A DNA stretch of 64,000 bases from Clostridia bacterium (lineage in GTDB: Bacteria > Bacillota > Clostridia > Oscillospirales > CAG-272), in contig JAFVQW010000041.1 in the NCBI GenBank assembly GCA_017504605.1, positions 10,391 through 74,390 of the forward strand, written 5' to 3'. The position numbers and the translations under genes are program-made. Shown piece after piece: positions 18,662 through 26,918 of this stretch. Positions within the stretch are counted from its first letter, which is position 1. Each line of letters starts with the position of its first letter. The notes below the pieces were generated by a model. It did not search any database and was not told where the DNA came from. It saw nothing but the letters and a program-made list of their open reading frames with translations.

Positions 18662-19474
18662 ATGAAGAACATACTTGATGCAAAATTTATGACTGAGGCG
18701 ATAAGAACGCTTTCCAATATGTACAGGCTCGGCTGGGACGAGCGTAACGGCGGAAACCTCTCGGTTTTACTTGACACCGCCGAGGTTGAGGAGTACCTCG
18801 ACACCGAGAACGTCATTCGCGAAATCCCCTTTTCCTTTGACGCTACCGCCCTCGCGGGAAAAATATTCCTCGTTACGGGAACGGGTAAGTATTTCAAGAA
18901 CGTTGAATACGACCCCGCGGCTAACCTCGGCATTATCAGAATAAAGGAGTGCGGCAATATTGCCGAGCTTCTTTGGGGCTATACCGACGGCGGCAGGTTC
19001 ACGAGTGAGCTTCCCGCTCATCTGATGAGCCATATCGCGCGCCTCGAGTGCGACGAAAGCCACCGCGTAGTGCTTCACACGCATCCGACCTATACTATCG
19101 CTATGACCCTTGCACACTCGCTCGACGAGCGCGAGTTTACGAGAACGCTCTGGCAGATGCAGACCGAGAGCATAGTCGTATTTCCCGAGGGAGTTGCCGT
19201 TCTTCCCTGGATGGTGTGCGGCACAAACGAGATTGGTGTGGCGACGGCAGAGAAGCTCCGCGGCGCACGCCTTTGCGTTTGGGGTGAGCACGGTATTTAC
19301 GGCGTTGGCCGCGACCTCGACGAGGCCTTCGGCCTTATAGAGACCGTTGAGAAGGCTGCTCAGCTCTATATGATAGCCGCGTCGGTAGGCATAAAGAATA
19401 AGATTACCGACGACGAGCTCCGCCGCCTCGCCGCTACCTTCGGACTTGATTACAGAAGGGATTATCTGGGTTAA
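18662..19474 (+). CDS. rhaD: Rhamnulose-1-phosphate aldolase (class II aldolase)
   Basis: Starts MKNILDAKFM after ribosome-binding site gaaggg-n-gaaag. NGGNLSVLL and VVLHTHPTY motifs present; length 270 aa. The ORF-track extension 18488..18661 overlaps rhaA and was rejected. Confidence 0.85.
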   Translation: MKNILDAKFMTEAIRTLSNMYRLGWDERNGGNLSVLLDTAEVEEYLDTENVIREIPFSFDATALAGKIFLVTGTGKYFKNVEYDPAANLGIIRIKECGNIAELLWGYTDGGRFTSELPAHLMSHIARLECDESHRVVLHTHPTYTIAMTLAHSLDEREFTRTLWQMQTESIVVFPEGVAVLPWMVCGTNEIGVATAEKLRGARLCVWGEHGIYGVGRDLDEAFGLIETVEKAAQLYMIAASVGIKNKITDDELRRLAATFGLDYRRDYLG

Positions 19475-19505
19475 AGAACATTTTTTAAAAACTTCGGAAA
19501 AGGTA

Positions 19506-19534
19506 TTGCATTTTCAAAAGAAATGTGATAAAAT
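19506..19534 (+). promoter_or_regulatory. Sigma-A-type promoter upstream of secG
   Basis: TTGCAT (19506-11), a 17-nt spacer, and an extended -10 TGaTAAAAT (19526-34). Confidence 0.5.
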
Positions 19535-19593
19535 AACTGTATGATTTATAGGTATGCCTATCCGCATACGAACAAGCGAAAGGAAAAATAAGT

Positions 19594-19893
19594 ATGGAAT
19601 ACGTTCTTATGGCAATACTTCTGTTGTCCGCCATCTTTATTATAGTTGCAGTTATTTTCCAGAAGTCTGCCGACGAGGGCCTCTCGGGCACTATCGCTGG
19701 CGGTAACGAGACCTTCTACGGTAAAGAGAAGGCTGCGCACGGTGAGAAGAAGCTCTTTAAGCTTACTCTTATTGCTTGCATTGTCTTTGCTGTTGCGGTT
19801 CTTGTTGCTTACGTAATTCAGCCCGACTATACCTACAGCTTCGGCGCTGATTATTGGAAGAGCCTTACCGAGTTCAGAGCACTCTTCAGCTAA
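19594..19893 (+). CDS. secG: Preprotein translocase subunit SecG
   Basis: Small two-TM protein with a central Gly-rich loop (LSGTIAGGNETFYG). Shows conserved secG-rnr synteny. Confidence 0.7.
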   Translation: MEYVLMAILLLSAIFIIVAVIFQKSADEGLSGTIAGGNETFYGKEKAAHGEKKLFKLTLIACIVFAVAVLVAYVIQPDYTYSFGADYWKSLTEFRALFS

Positions 19894-19902
19894 ACGGTGG
19901 CT

Positions 19903-19940
19903 AAAAGTCGGGCGGATTTTTTCGCCCGACTTTTATTTTT
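19903..19940 (+). terminator. Rho-independent terminator after secG
   Basis: aaaagtcgggcg-gatttttt-cgcccgactttt followed by a T-run. Confidence 0.75.
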
Positions 19941-19956
19941 GGAAAAAGAGGAGAAA

Positions 19957-22056
19957 ATGAAAAAAAGCGCAAAGAGAAATACCGCGAGGAAAAACCTCGA
20001 GAAATACACGAGCCGCGCCGCCCAAAAGCGGCGCGGCAAGGCTCGTTTACAGCACGAGCTCTCCTTGATTGCCGAGCAAATGGGTGTCTCCGTCGAGGGT
20101 GCGCATCTTGGCGAGGCTGTGTCCCGCGGGAAGGAGCGAGAGGGAACGGAGCGGCACGTTCGCGGCGTATATATGGGCACGGCACAGGGCTACGGCTTCG
20201 TCAGGTGCCCCGATTTTAGCGAGGATATTTTTATTCCGCGCGGGCGCTCTATGGGCGCTATCGACGGCGACGAGGTCGAGGCTGCCTTTCACGAATACTC
20301 GGGCTATCTCGGCGAGCGGAAAACCGAGGGACGGGTGCTTAAGATAATAAACGAGGGTCGGCATACCCTCGTCGGCGTGCTCTCGCACGGTGAGCGTGCG
20401 CGCCACGGGCGTGAGACGGTTTTTATCCCCGACGACCCGCATATCTCAATTCGCCCGCGCATTACCGATACGGCGGGGGCTAAAATCGGGGAGAAGGTCT
20501 TGGTAAGCATAAAGCGGGGCGGGCAGTCGGGTCTGCCCACGGCCTCGGTCGTGCGCGTGTTCGGAAGCCCGAATACGCGAGAGGCAAACTACGGGGCAAT
20601 TCTTGCCGAGTGCGAGATAGAGTGCGAGTTCTCGGACGAGGAGCTTCTCGCGGCAGAGCGCTCGGCCGCGAGGCCGGTTACCGCCGAGGGCAGAGAAGTG
20701 CCGAGCGAGATTATATTCACCATAGACGGCGAGGGCGCTAAGGACCTCGACGATGCCGTTTCTATAAGAGAAACCGAGGACGGATACCTCGTCGGCGTGC
20801 ATATTGCCGACGTGTCCTATTACGTCGGCGAGCGCTCCTCGCTTATGAGGGCGGCGTTTGCGCGCGGTACGAGCGTGTACTTCACCGACAAGGTCGTGCC
20901 GATGCTCCCCGCGGCGCTCTCGAACGGCGCCTGCTCGCTTAACGCGGGCGAGGACAAGTATGCCGTCAGCGCGATGATTTCACTTGATAAAAGCGGAAAT
21001 ACAGTCGGTCTTTGTCTTTTCCCGAGCGTGATAAGAAGTCGGGTGCGCGGGGTCTATTCCGAGGTCAATTCGATTTTCGACGGCACGGCAGACGACGGAA
21101 TACTGGAAAAATATAAAGAGGTTATCCCGAGCCTCTATCTGATGCGCGAGGTATACGGCATACTTGCCGAGCGGCTTCACCGCCGCGGCTATATAGATAT
21201 GGAGCTTCCCGAGGCGGGGATAATTCTCTCGCCCGACGGCACCGTCGAGGATATAGTGAAGCGCGAGCGGGGAATTTCCGAGAGGATTATAGAGCAGCTT
21301 ATGCTCCTCGCGAACGAGGCCGTGGCAAGAGAGCTGACCGACAGAGGCCTCCCCGCTGTTTACAGAATACACGAGCGGCCGAGCGCCGATAAGCTCGAGG
21401 GGCTTCTTCCGTACCTTCGCTCTCTCGGGCTCGATGCCTCGGGAATTTCCTCGCCCTCGGCATCGGCGCGGGATTTTGCTCTTTTGCTGGCCTCTGCCGA
21501 GGATAAGGGCGTGCGAGCCGAGGTGTCGGCGGTGATGCTCCGCGCGATGATGAAGGCGAGGTATTCCGATACACGGCATATCCATTTCGGGCTTGCCTCG
21601 GACTGCTATTGCCATTTCACCTCGCCGATACGCCGCCTCGCCGACCTTGCCACGCATACGGTAATAAGGAAGACGCTTTTTGAGGGAGAGAGCCCGCGAG
21701 GCACTGTCTCACTCGCGCGGCGTGCCGCCGCGGCCGCGACCGACGGAGAGCTTCGCGCTCTTACGGCCGAGAGAAAAATAGAAAATCTTTATAAGGCGCT
21801 CTATATGAGAGAGCGTATAGGAGAGGTATACGATGCCGTCGTTTCCTCGGTCGGCGCCTTCGGCGTGTTCGCCACCCTTGAAAACACCTGCGAGGGGCTT
21901 ATTCCCGCCGAGAGGCTCTCGCCTCTTGCCACCTTCGACGAGCGGACGATGTCCGTCGTCGCCCGCGGGCGCAGTCTTCGTCTCGGTGACAGAATTGAAA
22001 TCAAGGTGGACGACGTCGATATTTCTCGGGGGCGTGTATACTTTTCACTTTTATAA
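19957..22056 (+). CDS. rnr: Ribonuclease R
   Basis: RNB domain (IFTIDGEGAKDLDDAVS) and a C-terminal S1 domain (GEVYDAVVSSVGAFGVFATL). The ATG at 19957 has ribosome-binding site agaggag. The upstream GTG at 19897 would read through the secG terminator. Confidence 0.9.
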   Translation: MKKSAKRNTARKNLEKYTSRAAQKRRGKARLQHELSLIAEQMGVSVEGAHLGEAVSRGKEREGTERHVRGVYMGTAQGYGFVRCPDFSEDIFIPRGRSMGAIDGDEVEAAFHEYSGYLGERKTEGRVLKIINEGRHTLVGVLSHGERARHGRETVFIPDDPHISIRPRITDTAGAKIGEKVLVSIKRGGQSGLPTASVVRVFGSPNTREANYGAILAECEIECEFSDEELLAAERSAARPVTAEGREVPSEIIFTIDGEGAKDLDDAVSIRETEDGYLVGVHIADVSYYVGERSSLMRAAFARGTSVYFTDKVVPMLPAALSNGACSLNAGEDKYAVSAMISLDKSGNTVGLCLFPSVIRSRVRGVYSEVNSIFDGTADDGILEKYKEVIPSLYLMREVYGILAERLHRRGYIDMELPEAGIILSPDGTVEDIVKRERGISERIIEQLMLLANEAVARELTDRGLPAVYRIHERPSADKLEGLLPYLRSLGLDASGISSPSASARDFALLLASAEDKGVRAEVSAVMLRAMMKARYSDTRHIHFGLASDCYCHFTSPIRRLADLATHTVIRKTLFEGESPRGTVSLARRAAAAATDGELRALTAERKIENLYKALYMRERIGEVYDAVVSSVGAFGVFATLENTCEGLIPAERLSPLATFDERTMSVVARGRSLRLGDRIEIKVDDVDISRGRVYFSLL

Positions 22057-22076
22057 ATAAAACGAAAGGAGAGAAA

Positions 22077-22886
22077 ATGAAAACAAATATTAACATTTTT
22101 ACGCTGGCGAGCCTCTTGTTTATGCTTTTTCTCTCGCTTTTTCGCCCTATCGGGTTTATATCCTATCTTCTTGCCGCGCTCCTCACCCTCGCTCTTGTGA
22201 TTGCCTTTACGCGAGTGGGGGAGGGCGGGCCCGCACTGCGCGATATTGCCGCGGCGGTAAGGTTAAAGAGAGAGGGGCTCCGCCTTACGCTCCTTTTGGC
22301 CTTTCCCACCGTTTTGATTATATTTGCGGTGTCGTATCTCACCTCACTTTTACTCGGTGTATTCGGCGCCGAGCCCGCGGCCGTGCCAAACGCTCCGCTA
22401 CCGAATATGCTTCTTGAATACGCGCTGATACCCGCGCTGAGCGAGGAAACGGTGTTCAGGCTTCTGCCGCTCGTGCTTCTCGCACCCTACTCTAAGAGGT
22501 GGGCGATTATACTCTCCGCGGCGGTCTTCGCGCTCGTGCACTGCGATTTCTTCCAGATGCCCTACGCCTTCGTCGCGGGACTGCTCCTTATGACCCTTGA
22601 CGTTATGACGGGGAGCGTTATTCCCTCGCTTTTAATCCACCTCATAAACAACGCGGCGTCGGTGGTGTGGATAAAATACTGCACCGAGCCCGTCGCGGTT
22701 ACCGTATTTTTACTTGCTTTGATTATTCCCGCGGTGATTTCGCTCGTAATTCTCTGTGCTCGCCGTAGGCGCTATCTTCCCGCCCTCGCCGAGGCTCTCT
22801 CGCGCGGTGAGTGTGAGCTTTCCCCGACACCGCTTTTGCTTGCCGCGGTAGCCGTTATTTCGGCTATAGCTAATATCACAATATGA
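22077..22886 (+). CDS. CPBP-family intramembrane metalloprotease (CAAX/Abi-like)
   Basis: Polytopic, with the motifs SEETVFRLLPL, FALVHC and HLINN. Confidence 0.8.
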   Translation: MKTNINIFTLASLLFMLFLSLFRPIGFISYLLAALLTLALVIAFTRVGEGGPALRDIAAAVRLKREGLRLTLLLAFPTVLIIFAVSYLTSLLLGVFGAEPAAVPNAPLPNMLLEYALIPALSEETVFRLLPLVLLAPYSKRWAIILSAAVFALVHCDFFQMPYAFVAGLLLMTLDVMTGSVIPSLLIHLINNAASVVWIKYCTEPVAVTVFLLALIIPAVISLVILCARRRRYLPALAEALSRGECELSPTPLLLAAVAVISAIANITI

Positions 22887-22908
22887 CAGATGTTTGAGGA
22901 TAAGATTT

Positions 22909-23340
22909 ATGCAAAATAAAAAGGAAAAAAGTGTGCGAAAAAAGTTTTCCATATTCACAAAAGAAAAAAGAGAAAAACTCGAGGTCCTGTGCAGCAAAGG
23001 GGTTCCAGTAAAAGATATAGCAGCAGAGCTGGGGTATACAGAGGTGAGCATATATAGAGAACTTAAACGTGGTACTTCTACAGGCGGTAACAAAACGGGA
23101 ATGACCAAGTATAGCGCCAAGCGAGCAGAAGAAAACGCGAGAAAGCACTCATCTACAAAAGGAGCATCGCTGAAGATAAAAGATGACTATGAATTTGCTT
23201 GCTTTTTGGATAGAATGATCACAAAGGGATATACGCCGACCGAAATAATAAAATACATAGAACAAAAAAACCTTGTTTTTAAAACTCAGATTTCTCGGGC
23301 TACACTTTACAACTATGTTGAACAGGGAATTATTACGAGC
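22909..23340 (+). mobile_element. IS30-family transposase N-terminal (HTH) remnant without DDE domain, in frame with tadA
   Basis: AT-rich island within GC-rich flanks. GVPVKDIAAELGYTEVSIYRELKRG, YSAKRAEENARK, GYTPTEIIKYI and ISRATLYNYV match the IS30 N-terminal HTH layout. No catalytic domain follows. Confidence 0.6.
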
Positions 23341-23829
23341 ATGGTAAAAAAGAACAACGAGAATAAGACGCAAAATGAAATAGACGAATATTACATAAGG
23401 CTGGCTATGGACGAGGCGCGGCGCGCCGAGGAGATTGACGAGGTGCCCGTCGGTGCCGTTGCCGTCTGCGACGGCAGAGTTATTGCGACGGCCTACAACA
23501 CCCGCGAGAGCGACAAATGCGCTACGCATCACGCCGAGCTTCTCGCTATCGAGCGTGCCTGCCGGGCTCTCGGCGGCTGGCGGCTGCCCGGCGTTACGCT
23601 TTACGTCACTATGGAGCCCTGCGCTATGTGTGCGGGTGCTATCGTTAACGCGCGTATTCCGCGCGTGGTTTACGGAGTGCCCGATTTGCGCTTCGGCGCC
23701 TTCGGCTCGCTTATCAATCTTGCCGAGCTGCCGCTTAACCATAAGCCCGAAATCAAGGGCGGCGTTCTCGCCGAGGAGAATAGGAGCGTGCTTTCGGCGT
23801 ACTTTAAGAGAAAGAGAGAAAAACGATAA
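23341..23829 (+). CDS. tadA: tRNA-specific adenosine deaminase TadA (may be translated as a 311-aa fusion from 22894/22909)
   Basis: Zinc-deaminase motifs HAELLAIE and TMEPCAMCAGA, plus the typical N-terminus DEYYIRLAMDEARRA. The start codon is uncertain because the upstream frame stays open. Confidence 0.8.
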   Translation: MVKKNNENKTQNEIDEYYIRLAMDEARRAEEIDEVPVGAVAVCDGRVIATAYNTRESDKCATHHAELLAIERACRALGGWRLPGVTLYVTMEPCAMCAGAIVNARIPRVVYGVPDLRFGAFGSLINLAELPLNHKPEIKGGVLAEENRSVLSAYFKRKREKR

Positions 23830-23832
23830 AAT

Positions 23833-24444
23833 ATGGATATTAAAGAAAAAATGCATAACGGTTCGCTATATCTGCCGACGGAGCCCACAATTGCCGCGGA
23901 GCAGAGAGCCTGTCTTGACAGGCTTTACGATTTTAACGCGACACGTCCCACCGAGGAAGAGAAAAGGGCCGCGCTCCTCTCGGAGATGTTCGCCGAGATT
24001 GGCGAGGGCTGTTATATAGAGCCGCCTCTACACTCAAACTTCGGCGGCAGGCACTGCCACTTTGGGAGAGGAGTGTATGCTAATTTCGGACTTACTCTTG
24101 TAGACGACACGCATATCTTCATCGGCGACTTTACTATGCTCGGGCCGAACGTGGTTCTGGCTACCGCGGGTCACCCGATACTTCCGTCGCTTCGCGAGAG
24201 GGGCTATCAGTATAACGCGCCTATAAGAATAGGAAAGAATTGTTGGCTCGGCGCGGGTGTGATAGTTCTCCCGGGCGTTACGGTAGGAGACGGCAGCGTT
24301 ATCGGTGCGGGGAGCGTGGTAACGAAGGATATACCCGCCGGTGTCGTAGCCGTAGGCAACCCGTGCAGAGTCCTGCGCAGAATAAACGAGCGCGACGAGG
24401 AGTATTACTTTAAGGATAGAAAAATAGACGAGAGCGCCCTTTAA
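23833..24444 (+). CDS. maa: Maltose/galactoside O-acetyltransferase (hexapeptide-repeat)
   Basis: Mac-type N-terminus (MHNGSLYLPTEP...RLYDFN) and left-handed beta-helix hexapeptide repeats ending in GNPCRVLRRI. Confidence 0.8.
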   Translation: MDIKEKMHNGSLYLPTEPTIAAEQRACLDRLYDFNATRPTEEEKRAALLSEMFAEIGEGCYIEPPLHSNFGGRHCHFGRGVYANFGLTLVDDTHIFIGDFTMLGPNVVLATAGHPILPSLRERGYQYNAPIRIGKNCWLGAGVIVLPGVTVGDGSVIGAGSVVTKDIPAGVVAVGNPCRVLRRINERDEEYYFKDRKIDESAL

Positions 24445-24462
24445 ATTTTCAGAGAATTGTAT

Positions 24463-24495
24463 CCGCCGCTTTTTTTGCGGCGGGTTATTTTTATC
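24463..24495 (+). terminator. Rho-independent terminator after maa
   Basis: ccgccgc-ttttttt-gcggcgg followed by gttatttttat. Confidence 0.7.
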
Positions 24496-24543
24496 CCCGA
24501 CCTGTCAATACTACCGTATAGACCTTTTTCGGGGGGTGGGAAA

Positions 24544-25596
24544 ATGAAGATTATGCACGCGGTGTCGGTCGCGCGTACCGACGGAGAAAATATCAGGCTC
24601 GCCTCGCTTCTCTCGGGGCTCTCCGAGAGGTTCGAGATTGAGCTTATGGCGCCCGAGGGCTCGGCGCTGTTTCCGATGCTACGCGGGACGCGTGTTAAGC
24701 AAATCCCGATAAGGAGCGAGGGAAATCGGGATTTTTCGCTAACAGATGTTTACAAAATGCAAAGGGTGATGAGGAGCGAAAGACCCGATGCGGTGCATAG
24801 CCACGCCTCGCGCTCGGCGCGCGCGGCGGCGAGAATGTGCGGGGTGAGCTGTCTCGTATCCGAGTGCGGGGGCTTCGTGCCGCCCGCACTGCGGCGCTCG
24901 CTCTGTCCCGCGGCACGCGGCCGCCGCGGCGAGTATACCGTCCTTGCCTCGGAAATCTTAACGGGAGAGCTTATATCCCGGGGGGCCTCGCCGAGCAGAA
25001 TAGCACACCTTGGGTGCGGGGCGCCCGAGCTCGCACTCTCGGGCGAGGGTGAGGGGGTGACGGTCACGGCAAAATGCCTTTGCCCCGACGAATACAGGCT
25101 CGTTATATCGGCCGCCGCGAGAGCGGCGAGGGCGGCGGACTTCCGCACGCTTCTCTTCGTTCCCGAGGGGGCGCGGCGAGAGGCTCTACGCGCCGCGGCG
25201 CTTTTTTCCTCGGGGGCCGATATTGAAATTCGCCCGCTCTCACGCCTTTCGGAATACCTGCCGAGCAGAAACACTCTTTTCGTATACCCCGTGCTTCGCG
25301 ACGAGAGACTGCCTATTTTGCCTATGCGCTTTATGTCGGCCTCGCTCCCCCTCGCCGTCAGCGCAACGGCGGCGAACAGAGAATTCTTCGCCGAGGGGAG
25401 CGAGGCCCTCTTCTTTATTCCCGGGGACCCCTTCTCGCTCGCGGAGTGTATTCTTAGGATTATTTCCGACGAGGCTCTATGGAATAAGCTCTCCCACGGT
25501 GCGCGGGCGGCCTGGGAGAGCCGCTACAGCAGCGAAAAAATGCTCGAGGAATACGGGAATTTTTATCTTGCGCTCGGCGGGGCCCCGAGCTCTTGA
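24544..25596 (+). CDS. GT-B glycosyltransferase-like protein (GT4-like, divergent)
   Basis: N-terminal PDAVHSHAS and a C-terminal GT1-type segment (FVYPVLRDERLPILPMRFMSASLPLAVS...REFF). Start MKIMHAV was chosen because the longer ORF includes the maa terminator. Confidence 0.5.
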   Translation: MKIMHAVSVARTDGENIRLASLLSGLSERFEIELMAPEGSALFPMLRGTRVKQIPIRSEGNRDFSLTDVYKMQRVMRSERPDAVHSHASRSARAAARMCGVSCLVSECGGFVPPALRRSLCPAARGRRGEYTVLASEILTGELISRGASPSRIAHLGCGAPELALSGEGEGVTVTAKCLCPDEYRLVISAAARAARAADFRTLLFVPEGARREALRAAALFSSGADIEIRPLSRLSEYLPSRNTLFVYPVLRDERLPILPMRFMSASLPLAVSATAANREFFAEGSEALFFIPGDPFSLAECILRIISDEALWNKLSHGARAAWESRYSSEKMLEEYGNFYLALGGAPSS

Positions 25597-25621
25597 CTTT
25601 CTATATATTTTGTGTTAAAAT
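25593..25621 (+). promoter_or_regulatory. Sigma-A-type promoter directly abutting rimM start
   Basis: TTGACT (25593-98), a 17-nt spacer, and TGtTAAAAT ending at 25621. The first ATG is at 25628. Confidence 0.5.
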
Positions 25622-25627
25622 GTGCTT

Positions 25628-26143
25628 ATGAAAAAGATGTTTCTTGAATGTGGCAGGGTCACGGCGCCCCACGGCGTGCGCGGTCTTGTGAAGGCTGAAG
25701 CCTGGTGCGACAGCCCGCGCGTTTTAGCAGGCCTTAAGCGGATTTTTCTCGCCACGGGGGAGGGCGAGTACGAGGAGCACAGTCTCATCTCCGCTTCGGT
25801 ATCGGGTCAGCACGTGCTTTTGGCTATCGACGGATATTCCGACCGTGACGCCGCGGTTGGGCTTAAGGGTAGAGTGCTCTATGCCGCTCGCGAGGATATT
25901 CCTCTTCGGCGCGGCGCTATGTTTATACAGGATATGATAGGGCTTCCCGTGGTGGATATTGACACGGGCCGCACTCTCGGTACTCTCTCGGACGTCTCCG
26001 AGGGCGTGAGGACGAGGCTGTACACCGTGCGGGCGGGGGAGCGCGAGGTGCTCATTCCCGACGTGCCCGAGTTCATAAAGGAGATTGACCCCGAGCGCGG
26101 GGTGCAGGTGCACCTTATACCCGGGTTCTTTGACGAGGTATGA
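25628..26143 (+). CDS. rimM: 16S rRNA processing protein RimM
   Basis: GRVTAPHGVRGLVKA N-terminal barrel plus a PRC-barrel C-terminus. Overlaps trmD by 4 nt. Confidence 0.85.
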   Translation: MKKMFLECGRVTAPHGVRGLVKAEAWCDSPRVLAGLKRIFLATGEGEYEEHSLISASVSGQHVLLAIDGYSDRDAAVGLKGRVLYAAREDIPLRRGAMFIQDMIGLPVVDIDTGRTLGTLSDVSEGVRTRLYTVRAGEREVLIPDVPEFIKEIDPERGVQVHLIPGFFDEV

Positions 26144-26892
26144 GATTTGACGTAATGACGCTCTTTCCCGAGATGGTTATGACGGTTCTCGGCGAGAGCA
26201 TTATCGGCAGAGCGCAGAGGGCGGGCTTAATCGAGGTTCACGCGCACAACATACGCGACTTCTCGCTCGACAGGCACAGGAAGACCGACGACACACCCTA
26301 CGGCGGCGGTGTCGGTATGATTATGACCTGCCAGCCGATATACGACTGCTATAAGAGCATAGTTGACGAGATAGGCGACGGCGGGCGAACCCGTGTCGTC
26401 TATATGACGCCTAAGGGGCGTATATTTAATCACGGCGTGGCTCGCGAGCTCGCCGAGTACGATAATCTGATTTTTCTTGCGGGGCATTACGAGGGCGTGG
26501 ACCAGCGTGTGCTCGACGAGATTGTCGACGAGGAGCTTTCGATAGGCGACTACGTGCTTACGGGGGGAGAGCTTCCCGCCTGCATCGTCATCGATGCCGT
26601 ATCGCGGCTTAAGGACGGTGTGCTCGCCGCTCCCGAGTGCTACGAGGGTGAGTCGGTTGCCTCGGGCCTTCTCGAATATCCGCAGTATACCAAGCCGCGC
26701 GAGTTCCGCGGCAGGGCCGTGCCCGAGGTGCTCCTGTCGGGCGACCACGCGAAAATTGACAGGTGGCGGCTTGAGGAGTCGGTGCGGCTTACACGCCTTC
26801 GCCGCCCCGAGCTTCTGCTTATGCACCCCGAGCTCGAGGAGCCTCTTCTTCCGAAGAAGAAGGGAAAAAGAAAATCGAAAGGTGACGAATAA
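26140..26892 (+). CDS. trmD: tRNA (guanine37-N1)-methyltransferase
   Basis: MRFDVMTLFPEM, GHYEGVDQRV and SIGDYVLTGGELPA are TrmD SPOUT signatures. Confidence 0.9.
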   Translation: MRFDVMTLFPEMVMTVLGESIIGRAQRAGLIEVHAHNIRDFSLDRHRKTDDTPYGGGVGMIMTCQPIYDCYKSIVDEIGDGGRTRVVYMTPKGRIFNHGVARELAEYDNLIFLAGHYEGVDQRVLDEIVDEELSIGDYVLTGGELPACIVIDAVSRLKDGVLAAPECYEGESVASGLLEYPQYTKPREFRGRAVPEVLLSGDHAKIDRWRLEESVRLTRLRRPELLLMHPELEEPLLPKKKGKRKSKGDE

Positions 26893-26918
26893 CACCGAGG
26901 GAAAGGAGATGAGGAGCG

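Noticed and set aside
19897-19956. GTG start for rnr at 19897
   Set aside because: The extension would be translated through the secG terminator hairpin. The ATG at 19957 has a proper ribosome-binding site.
24457-24543. Longer start for the GT4-like gene
   Set aside because: The extension contains the maa terminator (24463..24495). The MKIMHAV start at 24544 is preferred.
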